Virus record (IMG/VR): IMGVR_UViG_3300037141_000236
Location: 1 to 64,000 of that record
DNA from: a virus
Reading direction: 5' to 3' (one strand)
DNA length: 64,000 bases
Shown one piece after another: positions 29,099-38,601 of this stretch (the stretch's first letter is position 1; each line of letters begins with the position of its first letter). The position numbers and the translations under genes are program-made. The notes below the pieces were generated by a model. The model had not been told where the DNA came from, ran no database searches, and saw only the letters and a list, made by a program, of their open reading frames with translations.

Positions 29099-29287
29099 AT
29101 GACTATTTACTTAGTACAACATTATAAACCAGTAGATCATTATGGTGGAGAACCTGCTTTTAAAACCATAAACGAAAGTGATAATTTTAAAAAAGATTAT
29201 TGTAAAGAAAAAGGTATTAAACTATTAGAAATTACATACAAAGATTATAAGAATATCAAAGAAATATTAACCAATACTTTATTATGA
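29099..29287 (+). pseudogene. C-terminal remnant of a Vsr/DUF559-like endonuclease
   Basis: QHYKPVDHYGGE.AF...D..K..YC..KGIKLL.I.Y...NI.EIL without the upstream catalytic D/E segment. Confidence 0.55.
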
Positions 29288-29655
29288 ACGTATATTTATT
29301 AAGAGCGGGTACGACTAATTTCTATAAAATAGGTGTTTCTAAAAATACAGAAACACGGGTAAATCAGTTACAAACAGGGCATAACGAAACCCTTTTAATA
29401 GTTCACCAATTCAAAACAAAACACGATTATCAATTAGAAGGTTATTTACATAGACGTTTTACTGATAAGAATGTACAATTAGAATGGTTTGAATTAGATA
29501 AGACAGATGTAGATGGATTCCTAACAGCTTGTGCTCAAGGAGAATCAAATTTTGACATCGTATTATCAGAAAACACATACGTACAAGACAAGAATGCTTC
29601 CAGAACACGAAAAAGAAATAGTTACAAAGGGACTGGTTTTACACAGGACTACTGA
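29284..29655 (+). CDS. T5orf172/GIY-YIG-like domain protein
   Basis: VYLL..YKIGVSKN..RVNQLQTG, LE.YLHRRF, EWFEL. Confidence 0.8.
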   Translation: MNVYLLRAGTTNFYKIGVSKNTETRVNQLQTGHNETLLIVHQFKTKHDYQLEGYLHRRFTDKNVQLEWFELDKTDVDGFLTACAQGESNFDIVLSENTYVQDKNASRTRKRNSYKGTGFTQDY

Positions 29656-30112
29656 AGGACTATACGCTTATCAGATTGAGAAGCAGGTTGGTAATGTAGT
29701 TCATTTAGATCACGCGAAGAATAACTCTTTCAAGATTATTCGTATTCGCTTGGCCAACCCACACATTCTAGCTCACACAAGCATACTACCTGCAACAGCA
29801 CCTACAGAATTACCAATCAATTCAACAGATACTCCTTTGTTTGCAAAGACAAAGAATATGAAGACGTTAAGTGATTTATTATCTTTGTTATCTAAAGAAG
29901 AATATAAGCCTTTATTTATCCCAATTAAGAAGGTCCATAAGAACGTAAGTCATTTTGATGCAAGCTCAATGCAAGACGATGATCCATCACAACCATCCCC
30001 ATCTGATTATGGAGTAGATGCAGGGAATGTTTATCAAGAGAATGCTCTACAGGTAATGTATCTGAAGAAAAGGTTAGAAGAGATTACAAATCGAAAAATA
30101 AGGTTAATATAA
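29594..30112 (+). CDS. Hypothetical late protein ending in LEEITNRKIRLI motif
   Basis: Start reassigned to ATG 29594 (MLPEHEKE...). Confidence 0.6.
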   Translation: MLPEHEKEIVTKGLVLHRTTEGLYAYQIEKQVGNVVHLDHAKNNSFKIIRIRLANPHILAHTSILPATAPTELPINSTDTPLFAKTKNMKTLSDLLSLLSKEEYKPLFIPIKKVHKNVSHFDASSMQDDDPSQPSPSDYGVDAGNVYQENALQVMYLKKRLEEITNRKIRLI

Positions 30113-30135
30113 AAGGCTCCAATTGGAGCCTTTTT
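30111..30135. terminator. Bidirectional intrinsic terminator
   Basis: aaaaggctcc-aatt-ggagcctttt between convergent genes. Confidence 0.85.
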
Positions 30136-30154
30136 AGTTTGTATCTGTTTATCT

Positions 30155-30499
30155 TTAGTGGAAAATTTTATCTTTGAAAGCTATTATCAAACCTACAAGA
30201 ATTTGAGCAATTACCCAAACAGTTGTAGAAACTGTCTTGAAATGTTGTAACGCTTTAACTTCATCTCTAAGGTCTTTCATATCGGTAGGAGATAATACTT
30301 CATCAATGTCTTTTTTCCATTGCTTTAGTTCTCCGACAGTAGTTTGTTGGTTCTTTATAACCGCAAGTTCTTCTTTAACGTCGGACAATTCCTTTTGTAT
30401 CTTCTCGTAATTCAGGTTTAAACGCTCTAATTCTTTGAGAATGTGTTGACTCCACTCTTCCCATGTTAACCCAGTATCATTGCTTTTCATCTCTGCCAT
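30155..30499 (-). CDS. Coiled-coil protein with C-terminal TM helix (holin-like architecture)
   Basis: WEEWSQHILKELERL, coiled coil, hydrophobic C-terminus. Confidence 0.6.
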   Translation of the reverse strand: MAEMKSNDTGLTWEEWSQHILKELERLNLNYEKIQKELSDVKEELAVIKNQQTTVGELKQWKKDIDEVLSPTDMKDLRDEVKALQHFKTVSTTVWVIAQILVGLIIAFKDKIFH

Positions 30500-31026
30500 T
30501 ATCCCTCTTTGTGAAACTGTGTGATATTCTTAAAGTCATTGAAATCTTGTACGATATGACCGCTCATCTTGATTAATCCATTAGATAATACTAATATGTT
30601 AATCATTTGTTGAGACTCAGGACTAAAATAACCGAAACGAATAGATCCATTTGGTGCTTCTTGCCCTTCTCCTATTTGTATTTGTAATTGGGTTGCCCAA
30701 TTTTGTAAATTATACACTGCAATCTCTTGTTGTGTTTGCTTTACATCATTTTTACCTTCTTCGTCAGCAATCTGATCGCCTTTAGGCATTGGTTCTTCGA
30801 CTGGTGTTTCTTCTCCTGCCTCTTGAATCTTATCAACAACGTTGATGTTTGATTTCTGAGCGATTTTAGATATCTGGTCAGGGTTAGCTTTGGCTAGGTC
30901 AGCCATAGTTAATTTAATTGCCGGAGGAGCTAATTCATGTAAGGCGACCAAGTCGGTCTCTATCCTACTAATAGCTTCGTCAATGAGACGTTGTATTCTT
31001 TCTTTTCTTCTATTCTTATAAGACAT
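30499..31026 (-). CDS. Putative internal head protein
   Basis: N-terminus RIQRLIDEAISRIE; minus-strand TATTTAAT at 31049-31056. Confidence 0.6.
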   Translation of the reverse strand: MSYKNRRKERIQRLIDEAISRIETDLVALHELAPPAIKLTMADLAKANPDQISKIAQKSNINVVDKIQEAGEETPVEEPMPKGDQIADEEGKNDVKQTQQEIAVYNLQNWATQLQIQIGEGQEAPNGSIRFGYFSPESQQMINILVLSNGLIKMSGHIVQDFNDFKNITQFHKEG

Positions 31027-31133
31027 TAGCCTGGTGACCAGTTATAACATTAAATATGACCCTAAATCCAAAAAAGGGAGGTTCGTAAGAATAAAGCTGG
31101 TAAATTTACTATACAAACCAAAAAACATATAAT

Positions 31134-31403
31134 ATGTCATCAGCAAAACTGTCTCTCGACCAGAAACTCGAAAATAAGCTTAAAACGGGAGTTGTTTGTT
31201 TCACTTTTCGCAAGAAAGATGGAACCATCCGTTACGCCGCAGGAACACAGGACCTTTCCATTGTACCTGTTGAAAAGCATCCAAAGAAAACCGGCAACCT
31301 GGGAACAGCGACCAACATTTCTTATTACGATTTTTGTAAGGCCAACTTCCGGTCTCTCAAACGTTCTGAAGTAATTCGGATTAATTCGACAGTTACGAAG
31401 TAA
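31134..31403 (+). CDS. WYL_2/SH3-beta-barrel protein (DUF2693-like)
   Basis: LKTGVVCFTFRKKDGTIRYAAGT...YYD....FRS. Confidence 0.8.
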   Translation: MSSAKLSLDQKLENKLKTGVVCFTFRKKDGTIRYAAGTQDLSIVPVEKHPKKTGNLGTATNISYYDFCKANFRSLKRSEVIRINSTVTK

Positions 31404-31443
31404 AGAAAATCCCGGAGTAATATCCTGGCTATCTGCCGCGTCC

Positions 31444-31473
31444 AGACCCCATCCTCATAGATGGGGTTTTTTT
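31444..31473 (+). terminator. Intrinsic terminator
   Basis: gaccccatc-ctcata-gatggggtt followed by a T-run. Confidence 0.8.
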
Positions 31474-31542
31474 ATTATTATCGAGATAACTTGATATTGG
31501 TTAACCGATTTTATATTTTTAAGTGAATCCAAAAACTTAAAA

Positions 31543-32196
31543 ATGAAAATTGAAACTAAAAGTGACTTGATCGTTTGCAATGGAAACCTTCCATTAACAG
31601 ATGCCGAGAAACAAAAAATGATTGAGGAAGCAGCCTACCATTATGGCCAATTCCTAACCTCCCTTAAATTTGATTGGGAGAATGATGTGAATGCAAGCGA
31701 TACTCCAAGACGAGTAGCTAAGTCATTCGTAAATGATCTCATCGCAGGATGTTATGCCAACACTCCTAAAATCACTACATTTGCAAATACCGGTGAACAA
31801 GCTTATGACGGAATGGTATTTGAAGGTAACATAGATTTAAAATCTATGTGTGCACACCATCATTTAAGTTTTATGGGAAAAGCACACATTGCTTATATCC
31901 CAGCGCCTAATAGTGAAATTGTAGGACTTTCAAAGTTAAATCGAATTGTGGAACATTTCGCCCGCAGACCACAGATCCAAGAAAATCTTACAATGCAAAT
32001 TCATGATTTTATTAACAAGACTTGTAAAGGTAATTTAGGCGTTGCTGTAATGTTAGAAGCAAACCATTTATGTGCCTGCGTAAGAGGAGTTAAACATAAT
32101 GCAACAATGGTAACATCCAAATTATCAGGTGTCTTCATGGACAATGGGAACTTGGCAAGAGGAGAATTTTATGAATTTGTAAAACGAATGAAATAA
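31543..32196 (+). CDS. folE: GTP cyclohydrolase I
   Basis: TPRRVAK, SMCAHH, GLSKLNRIV..FARRPQIQE, A.HLCACVRGV. Confidence 0.97.
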   Translation: MKIETKSDLIVCNGNLPLTDAEKQKMIEEAAYHYGQFLTSLKFDWENDVNASDTPRRVAKSFVNDLIAGCYANTPKITTFANTGEQAYDGMVFEGNIDLKSMCAHHHLSFMGKAHIAYIPAPNSEIVGLSKLNRIVEHFARRPQIQENLTMQIHDFINKTCKGNLGVAVMLEANHLCACVRGVKHNATMVTSKLSGVFMDNGNLARGEFYEFVKRMK

Positions 32197-32204
32197 GAAA
32201 TACA

Positions 32205-32747
32205 ATGGCAACTAAAGACGAAGGAATATTAGATGTAGTCTCTACAGGAGACGTTCTAACAAAGAGATACGGGTTTGAACATAAAGAAGTACCACTCGCC
32301 AATTGGCCGGCTGCTACCCAAAAGTTCCTACTTGCTGATGAAGTTTCTGAGATTGGTAGATTTATTATTACCAAATTTAAGAAAGAGCTGTCAGGCATTA
32401 ACATTGGCTATGTCTTCAAACAGAAGGCAGGAAAGAAAGGCGAAGGTAGAATTTTAGGCCAAGCGAAAGCAGAATCTGAACTACAAAGAACTCTTCACGG
32501 ACTAGACGCATTGATCCTAATTGGATTCGATACCTGGTCTCAAATGAATTGGGATGAGAAGCTAAGACTAGTACATCATGAATTATGTCATATTGGCTTC
32601 ACTCCGGACGGAAGTGATGTAAGTACAATTGATCATGAAGTAGAAGAATTTTCAGAAGTAATGCAACATTGGGGTCCCGGCACTGACGCCCAAGTAAATC
32701 TTATAAGTGCTTATCAATCATTTTCTAAACTAAACGGAGGAAAATAA
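32205..32747 (+). CDS. Putative phage metallopeptidase
   Basis: LVHHELCHI...HEVEEF.EV...WG. Confidence 0.75.
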   Translation: MATKDEGILDVVSTGDVLTKRYGFEHKEVPLANWPAATQKFLLADEVSEIGRFIITKFKKELSGINIGYVFKQKAGKKGEGRILGQAKAESELQRTLHGLDALILIGFDTWSQMNWDEKLRLVHHELCHIGFTPDGSDVSTIDHEVEEFSEVMQHWGPGTDAQVNLISAYQSFSKLNGGK

Positions 32748-32748
32748 C

Positions 32749-33579
32749 ATGAGAGATTACATATCTTTTTCCACATACCGCTTATTTTCTTCTTGCGCCT
32801 TTAAATATCATTTACTTAAAGACCTTAACTACGCAGAAGGATCAAATGAATTTCTTATTTTTGGGACAGCAATTCATGCTACCATTGAGGATATAGTAAA
32901 CAAAAAACATAGTCATATTTTATATGAAGGACTTTTAAAAAAACATTTAGCCGCAGGAGGAGGAGAAGTATTTGCAAATTCGTATTTCGGCAAGAAAATG
33001 TTACCAGAAGGTGTAGCAATTCTAAAAGAGTTGGATATTCTTAATAGATATAAAGGTTGGGAAATCGTGGGATCCGAAATAGAAATGTATGAACCTCTTT
33101 TCGAAGAGACTAATCAAATAATTTATTTTAAAGGAATTATTGACCTTGTTTTAAAACAAGGTGATAAATATATAATTATTGACTTTAAAACAGCTATGAA
33201 GCCTTGGGACATTGAAAAGAAGAAGGAAGATAAAGGATTCTTTGGGCAGCTGGCATTATACAAACACTTCTTCGCAGTAAAGAATGGAATTGATCCAAAG
33301 AACATCAGTACTAGATTTGTGGCTTTGGCAAGAGTTCCAATCAACATACAACAATACGAAATTAATATTAGCCAAGAATTCAGCGATGATATCCTTGCAG
33401 ACATAAAACGTGTAGCTAAAGAAATAGGTACATCAACAGTGGGAATAGCACCCAAAGCAAAACATAGTGGAAGAGCAGATGCAAGTTATACTTGTAACTA
33501 TTGTCCTTTCAAAGCTATGTGTACAAATCAAGTAAACCAGGTTGTTTTACCAAAAGAAGAAACCATTAAAAATGATTAG
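32749..33579 (+). CDS. PD-(D/E)XK exonuclease (RecB/Cas4-like)
   Basis: ISFS...C, FGTAIH, FKGIIDLV..IIDFKT, QLALY, C..CPF...C. Confidence 0.88.
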   Translation: MRDYISFSTYRLFSSCAFKYHLLKDLNYAEGSNEFLIFGTAIHATIEDIVNKKHSHILYEGLLKKHLAAGGGEVFANSYFGKKMLPEGVAILKELDILNRYKGWEIVGSEIEMYEPLFEETNQIIYFKGIIDLVLKQGDKYIIIDFKTAMKPWDIEKKKEDKGFFGQLALYKHFFAVKNGIDPKNISTRFVALARVPINIQQYEINISQEFSDDILADIKRVAKEIGTSTVGIAPKAKHSGRADASYTCNYCPFKAMCTNQVNQVVLPKEETIKND

Positions 33580-34228
33580 ACCACGTGTCGGAATAGTGTT
33601 AGACTATAGTCTAAGAATTCCAGAATTCAAAGATATGTATTTGAAATTAAAAGAACAGATACTGGTAGGCATGAGCGGCGCAGCCAATCTCCAACAAGAA
33701 GATTTAATAGATCAGAACAGTTATTGGAATAAAGCAGTCAAAGAGAATCCAGCCATCATAGACTTCTATTCTAAACAAATTCCCCCCACAAGTAACTCCG
33801 GTAAAGACTTTGATATTACATTGAAGAAGTACTTTATGACTAATGAGCACAGACTTAAATTCTTAGAAGAATGGTCTTATGCTTTGTATGGTCAAGGGGC
33901 AATCAACAATAAGTCTGATGTGAATGTAATCAATACAGCACAATCTAAACTATGTGATATTGTGTTGATCGACAGATGTACTCATACAAGGAAGATACCA
34001 AACACATTCGCATTCTTATCTCGTGCCGGCTTATTTGTAAAGCAAGTGGTTTTTACTAATACAGAAGACGAGATAAATGAATTAAAGAAAGGATTGATCA
34101 GTTGTTATGACCCTTTTGAAGATCCAAGTATGATTATTGAAGTGGGAGGCAAATACAGCACACCATCAAAGAGTTTAATGGATTGGTTCATGAAAGTCGA
34201 AAAGCAGATAAAAGACAAAGTGAAGTAA
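33572..34228 (+). CDS. Hypothetical protein (possible degenerate HAD/nucleotidase fold)
   Basis: RVGIVLDYSLR N-terminus; start reassigned to ATG 33572. Confidence 0.6.
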   Translation: MIRPRVGIVLDYSLRIPEFKDMYLKLKEQILVGMSGAANLQQEDLIDQNSYWNKAVKENPAIIDFYSKQIPPTSNSGKDFDITLKKYFMTNEHRLKFLEEWSYALYGQGAINNKSDVNVINTAQSKLCDIVLIDRCTHTRKIPNTFAFLSRAGLFVKQVVFTNTEDEINELKKGLISCYDPFEDPSMIIEVGGKYSTPSKSLMDWFMKVEKQIKDKVK

Positions 34229-34281
34229 TTCTTTGTTGGGAGCAAAAGATTTATTAGATTTAATGAAATAGAAATTATACA

Positions 34282-35565
34282 ATGAGCATAGAACGTAAAA
34301 TTAAAAGAGCAGCAAAGAAATCTGATTTTCAAAAAGCTTTAGATGACGGTGCCAAACAACAAAGAGATGCAGGTCTTTCTCTTGAGCAACGTAAAGAAGA
34401 ACGCTATGAGAAATTAGAGAAGATTTTTTCTCAGTTGGGAGATCGTAAAAATAGGTATTTGTTTTACGCACCCGACATTCCTTTCCCATGTTCTACTGTT
34501 AAAGTAATATACGAACATGCCTACTACTTGAATCAAATGGGGTTCAATGCAATTATCCTTCATGAAGTAAAAGGATTTCGCCCGAACTGGATTCAAAAAC
34601 CAGAACTACTTAAAGAAGCAAAGATCATTTATCTATCTGAGAAAAAGAAATCAGGTGGATATTCTAAGCCATCATTTGCTTTCTCTCCAACAGATACAAT
34701 CATTATTCCAGAAGGTTTCTGGACTGTGATGACAGGCTTCGCAGAAACAAAGACATTACACAAAGTTGTTATGGCTTTTGGTTATGGAGGATTTGCAACA
34801 GCAGAACCTGGAGCGAACTGGGCATCATTAGGATTTACAGATGTACTTTGTGTTTCAGAACAGTTGAAAGAAGACTATTCTAAACTATGGCCAAACCTTA
34901 CTTATCATGTGGTAGGTTATGATATTGATAGAGAATTATTTTCTCCTGTGGATGCGAATCTTATAAAGCCTGAAATTGCTTTATCTTGTCGTAGCAGAGA
35001 GGACGCACAATCCCTTATCAATATCTTCTACAGCAAGTATCCTTTCTTAGATATGTTCCAATTCAAGATTCTAAAGAAGATGGATACAAACGAATATGCA
35101 GAGTCACTAAGAACTAGTGCAGCAATGGTATTCGTAGATGAGAAGGCAGGGCATCCTGCTCCTCCATTAGAAGCGATTGCTTGTGGTGTAACAACTATTG
35201 GAGTATTCGGAAGAGGAATGGAACACCTTGTAGATCAAGAAGGATTTGTATGGCTTCCCTCAAACGATCCATTTATGATTGTGGAAGCAGTAGCGGAATT
35301 TTGTGTTAACTGGCTTGAGAACAATGTAAGACCAATCGAAGATAAAGCGATCCTTGATAAGTATCACACGGATGTAGTAAAGACAAAGCTTCTAAATGTA
35401 TATGAAGAACTACAAATGAATAAGATCAAGTTATTCACTGCTGTTAAACAAGCGGTAGACGAGTCAAAATTGGATACAGCAATAGATACAATGCCAATCG
35501 ATTTCAAGGCAGACGAAGTAAAAACAGTAGCCGAAGTAATTGCGGAAATAAACGAAACAAAATAA
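34282..35565 (+). CDS. Glycosyltransferase (GT-B, GT4-like)
   Basis: IYEH...L..MGFNA, DTIIIPE, YAESLR..A..VFVDE.AGHPAPPLEAIACG. Confidence 0.75.
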   Translation: MSIERKIKRAAKKSDFQKALDDGAKQQRDAGLSLEQRKEERYEKLEKIFSQLGDRKNRYLFYAPDIPFPCSTVKVIYEHAYYLNQMGFNAIILHEVKGFRPNWIQKPELLKEAKIIYLSEKKKSGGYSKPSFAFSPTDTIIIPEGFWTVMTGFAETKTLHKVVMAFGYGGFATAEPGANWASLGFTDVLCVSEQLKEDYSKLWPNLTYHVVGYDIDRELFSPVDANLIKPEIALSCRSREDAQSLINIFYSKYPFLDMFQFKILKKMDTNEYAESLRTSAAMVFVDEKAGHPAPPLEAIACGVTTIGVFGRGMEHLVDQEGFVWLPSNDPFMIVEAVAEFCVNWLENNVRPIEDKAILDKYHTDVVKTKLLNVYEELQMNKIKLFTAVKQAVDESKLDTAIDTMPIDFKADEVKTVAEVIAEINETK

Positions 35566-35665
35566 TGAAACCATTAACATAATCCCAGCAGAACCAGAGC
35601 CTGAAAAGGAATGGTACGAAAAGAAGTAAGTTGATTATAATAACGGTTATAACGAGATTTAATAA

Positions 35666-35887
35666 ATGGCAGTAATACAACAAGTAAGAACAGCACCCAC
35701 AAATTGGGTAATTGATTTTACAAAAATCGCAGCGATGTCTGCAACATATGAAGATATGGTTGCAATTAACGAAGCTTGCAAAATTGTAATGGGAATCAGA
35801 GGCAATACAATGTCTCAAGGGGAAGCATTAGCTTTTCATTCTCTAATTCATTTGGGAGTATTAACAAAGGAACCAATAAAAGAATAA
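35666..35887 (+). CDS. Hypothetical protein
   Basis: 73-aa ORF in the operon. Confidence 0.6.
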   Translation: MAVIQQVRTAPTNWVIDFTKIAAMSATYEDMVAINEACKIVMGIRGNTMSQGEALAFHSLIHLGVLTKEPIKE

Positions 35888-35888
35888 T

Positions 35889-36188
35889 ATGATAACTCAT
35901 AATTCGGATATAGACACTTTAGAAATCCCTACAAATTATACGTTTCAAAACAAACTTATATATTTGGCGATACATGAAGTTCTAAAACCATATATCCATG
36001 AATCTTGGACTGAGAATACAATCATTACATTAAAGCAAGAATTATCCGGTAGACTTATAGAAACTTTTAAACTTCCATTTACAAAGATAGAAGTTACGAA
36101 GAACGGCAATGAAATAAAAGGGCATATAGAATACACCGGAGGCAATCCTTTAGAATTTATCTTATCAAACAAACACAATGAAAATTAA
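35889..36188 (+). CDS. Hypothetical protein
   Basis: 99-aa ORF in the operon. Confidence 0.6.
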   Translation: MITHNSDIDTLEIPTNYTFQNKLIYLAIHEVLKPYIHESWTENTIITLKQELSGRLIETFKLPFTKIEVTKNGNEIKGHIEYTGGNPLEFILSNKHNEN

Positions 36189-36843
36189 TTATATCGTTAC
36201 CACAACCTCTACAATTGAAGTATCAGAAGAAACTAGACAATCTATTGAACGCAATCTACAACCTGGAGATACTTATAACGTTGCCATATTCAATGATACT
36301 ATTAACGAAGAGACTTCTTTAAATCAGATAATTTCTACATTAGGAGACGATGGATATATTGTACTTGTTAACGATGGAAGTATTGTAAGGGAATTTGCTT
36401 CAGACATTTACGCTAAGTATGCGGATCTAGGAACTGATGATAAAGGCCCAATGGAAGTAATTAAACTTCCCATTGTAGAGCTTTGCACTCCCGTTGAAAA
36501 AGCAGCTCCTCATTTTAAAGGATTCCTCAATGCTTCAATCTGGAAACCATACTTTGCAGAAAACGTAGGAGAACTTGATTTAACGTTGGCAACACGTGGA
36601 ATCGACTTACTTCTTTATGGAGCCTTGATTCCTACAGTAATCGCAAAGAAACACGCATTCAATACAACATTAAAATATTATTCCTTCTTTGAATTCTTGA
36701 GCCGTCTTATTCGCGCTGACATTCCCGTTCTAGGGATCCCGAAAATAACTTTGAAATGTATCAAAGATTACGAACTCAAGGATGTGCCGCAAGAAGAAAA
36801 ACTTTTGCACTTTAGAGCAGCACAAGCCTCTCAATCAGCTTAA
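36178..36843 (+). CDS. Putative GT-A/GT2-like glycosyltransferase (divergent)
   Basis: YIVLVNDG, LPIV, F.GFLNASIW, FFEFLSRL..DIPVLGIPK; near the GT-B gene. Confidence 0.5.
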   Translation: MKINYIVTTTSTIEVSEETRQSIERNLQPGDTYNVAIFNDTINEETSLNQIISTLGDDGYIVLVNDGSIVREFASDIYAKYADLGTDDKGPMEVIKLPIVELCTPVEKAAPHFKGFLNASIWKPYFAENVGELDLTLATRGIDLLLYGALIPTVIAKKHAFNTTLKYYSFFEFLSRLIRADIPVLGIPKITLKCIKDYELKDVPQEEKLLHFRAAQASQSA

Positions 36844-37418
36844 TGCTCCCAAGAAGATCCAAGCCGAAGTTTAAACTTCCTTCGGTACACAGTAAAAAGA
36901 TAGGCCCTCCACCTCCGTTTGTCCCAGAGGAAGAGAAAACGCTTGAACAAATGTTGCCATCAAAAGACTTGGCAGCACTTAATAAAGCGTTGGAACAAAT
37001 CCGTTCCGAAATATTCCATACAGAATCTACAGGCGAAGAGATAATTAATCCATCAGGAACATTATCTTATTCATTAACCATCGATGGCAGTGTCCATTTC
37101 GATCCAGGACAAGTATCCAACGTTAAGATGAATGTTGAAACTAAAGGTGGTTTCGGTAATCCTGCAGCCCGAGAGGCATGTGTTGTGAATATTACAATGC
37201 ATACTGATCTCGAGGGAGCAGAAGCAATCAAAGAGATATTCAATAACTATATGACTGCAGGTGTACACCAATATACTGTACGTTTATATAAAGGAATCAT
37301 ATTATTCAGATCAATACAATTATACGACGCAAGAATAACTAACTACTTCACAGAAATAGATCCTGCCGGGAATGTCACAATCAATATTACGCTTCAGCCA
37401 GGCTTTTGGCACATCTAA
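36843..37418 (+). CDS. Tail-tube-fold-like protein (possible gp48/gp54-type)
   Basis: C-terminal half VNITMH...YTVRLY...IQLYDARIT...INITLQP echoes the tube protein pattern. Confidence 0.4.
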   Translation: MLPRRSKPKFKLPSVHSKKIGPPPPFVPEEEKTLEQMLPSKDLAALNKALEQIRSEIFHTESTGEEIINPSGTLSYSLTIDGSVHFDPGQVSNVKMNVETKGGFGNPAAREACVVNITMHTDLEGAEAIKEIFNNYMTAGVHQYTVRLYKGIILFRSIQLYDARITNYFTEIDPAGNVTINITLQPGFWHI

Positions 37419-37427
37419 TACGAATTA

Positions 37428-38225
37428 ATGCATGCGAATCAAAACGAAAATAAAGAAGTAAAGGTTGAAGTTGAGGTGAAAGTTCCTGCAAAACGCGGAA
37501 GGAAACCAAAACCTGGCTCAGTTAACCCAAAAAGTTACTTTGCCGAAGTACAAGAACAAGCTATCAAAGATTATTTGAGTGGCAATCTTTCAACTGCTCA
37601 GAAGAATAAAGTCTTTGAGACAATTATTGATCCTTGCTTAAAGAAACTTGTGGATGGTGTCATGACCATGCCTATGTTTCAAAAGATTATAGGTATTAAT
37701 AGAGATCAATTAAAGGAAGACGCATACTACCACGTAATATTCCAACTAGATAAGTTCAATCCTAATAAAATAGGTAAGTCAGGCGATCCTGTAAGAGCTT
37801 ATTCCTACCTGGGAACAGTTGTAAAACACTATATTCTTGGCTTAAAGATCCAAAATGATGGATACATCGCCAAACATGGTGGAGTTCTTGATGTGGATGA
37901 AATTGGCGAACATATCCCCGACAACAGACGTAATCCAGAAGAGTTTGAAGAACTTAAAAAGGGTCTTGTAGCACAGTTAGAGAAGACTGTGGAAACAAAA
38001 CGTCTTAATAAAAACGACCTAATCGTTGGAAACACACTAAAATATATGCTTTCCAACTGGCATAGGCTCGAATTCCAAAGTAAAAATGAGTTTGTAAGGC
38101 TTCTGTGCCATTATACTCAATTGAATCCACCAGTAGTGGCACGTAGTCTAAAGAAATATAAGTCTTTGGTATATGATATGCTAGTCCAACCAAAAGGTAA
38201 ATCTAAGAAGAAACAGAAGAAGTAA
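37428..38225 (+). CDS. Late-transcription sigma factor (T4 gp55-like)
   Basis: YFAEVQEQAI..Y, KLVDGV, DKFNP.K..RAYSYLGTVVKHY. Confidence 0.75.
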   Translation: MHANQNENKEVKVEVEVKVPAKRGRKPKPGSVNPKSYFAEVQEQAIKDYLSGNLSTAQKNKVFETIIDPCLKKLVDGVMTMPMFQKIIGINRDQLKEDAYYHVIFQLDKFNPNKIGKSGDPVRAYSYLGTVVKHYILGLKIQNDGYIAKHGGVLDVDEIGEHIPDNRRNPEEFEELKKGLVAQLEKTVETKRLNKNDLIVGNTLKYMLSNWHRLEFQSKNEFVRLLCHYTQLNPPVVARSLKKYKSLVYDMLVQPKGKSKKKQKK

Positions 38226-38253
38226 CTTCCTATTTATTATTAAACCATAATAA

Positions 38254-38601
38254 ATGATAAAAAAGAGAGAAGATGTACAAGTTTCATCGTCTGGATTAGA
38301 AACACTTTTAAATAAAATATTAGAAGCATGCGAAGCAGACATAGAAGAAACAGAACAAAACATAGCCTTTTACAAGTCACAAGTAATGAATGACGTCAAT
38401 GGAAAGGAAATGTACGGAACGTATCTAAATGATGCTTTAAAAATTAAAGGACAAGCGAGAGATAGATATATTAAAATCATTAATATATGGAAAGATCGTG
38501 TTAAGGTTAAAGAAATCTTGGAAAAGGCTTCTGGAACTGATGAAAGCCCTGAGAATTTACTTAAAGCTATTGACGAATTTTTTGAAACTGAACAGGACTA
38601 A
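38254..38601 (+). CDS. Hypothetical helical late protein
   Basis: 115 aa; TATTTATT box upstream. Confidence 0.7.
   Translation: MIKKREDVQVSSSGLETLLNKILEACEADIEETEQNIAFYKSQVMNDVNGKEMYGTYLNDALKIKGQARDRYIKIINIWKDRVKVKEILEKASGTDESPENLLKAIDEFFETEQD

Noticed and set aside
31543-32196. Complete 7-deazaguanine modification cluster
   Set aside because: Only folE is recognisable in this window; no queC/D/E or dpdA.
32749-33579. Cas4 as part of a CRISPR-Cas locus
   Set aside because: No other cas genes or array are nearby; standalone Cas4/RecB-like nucleases are common in phages.
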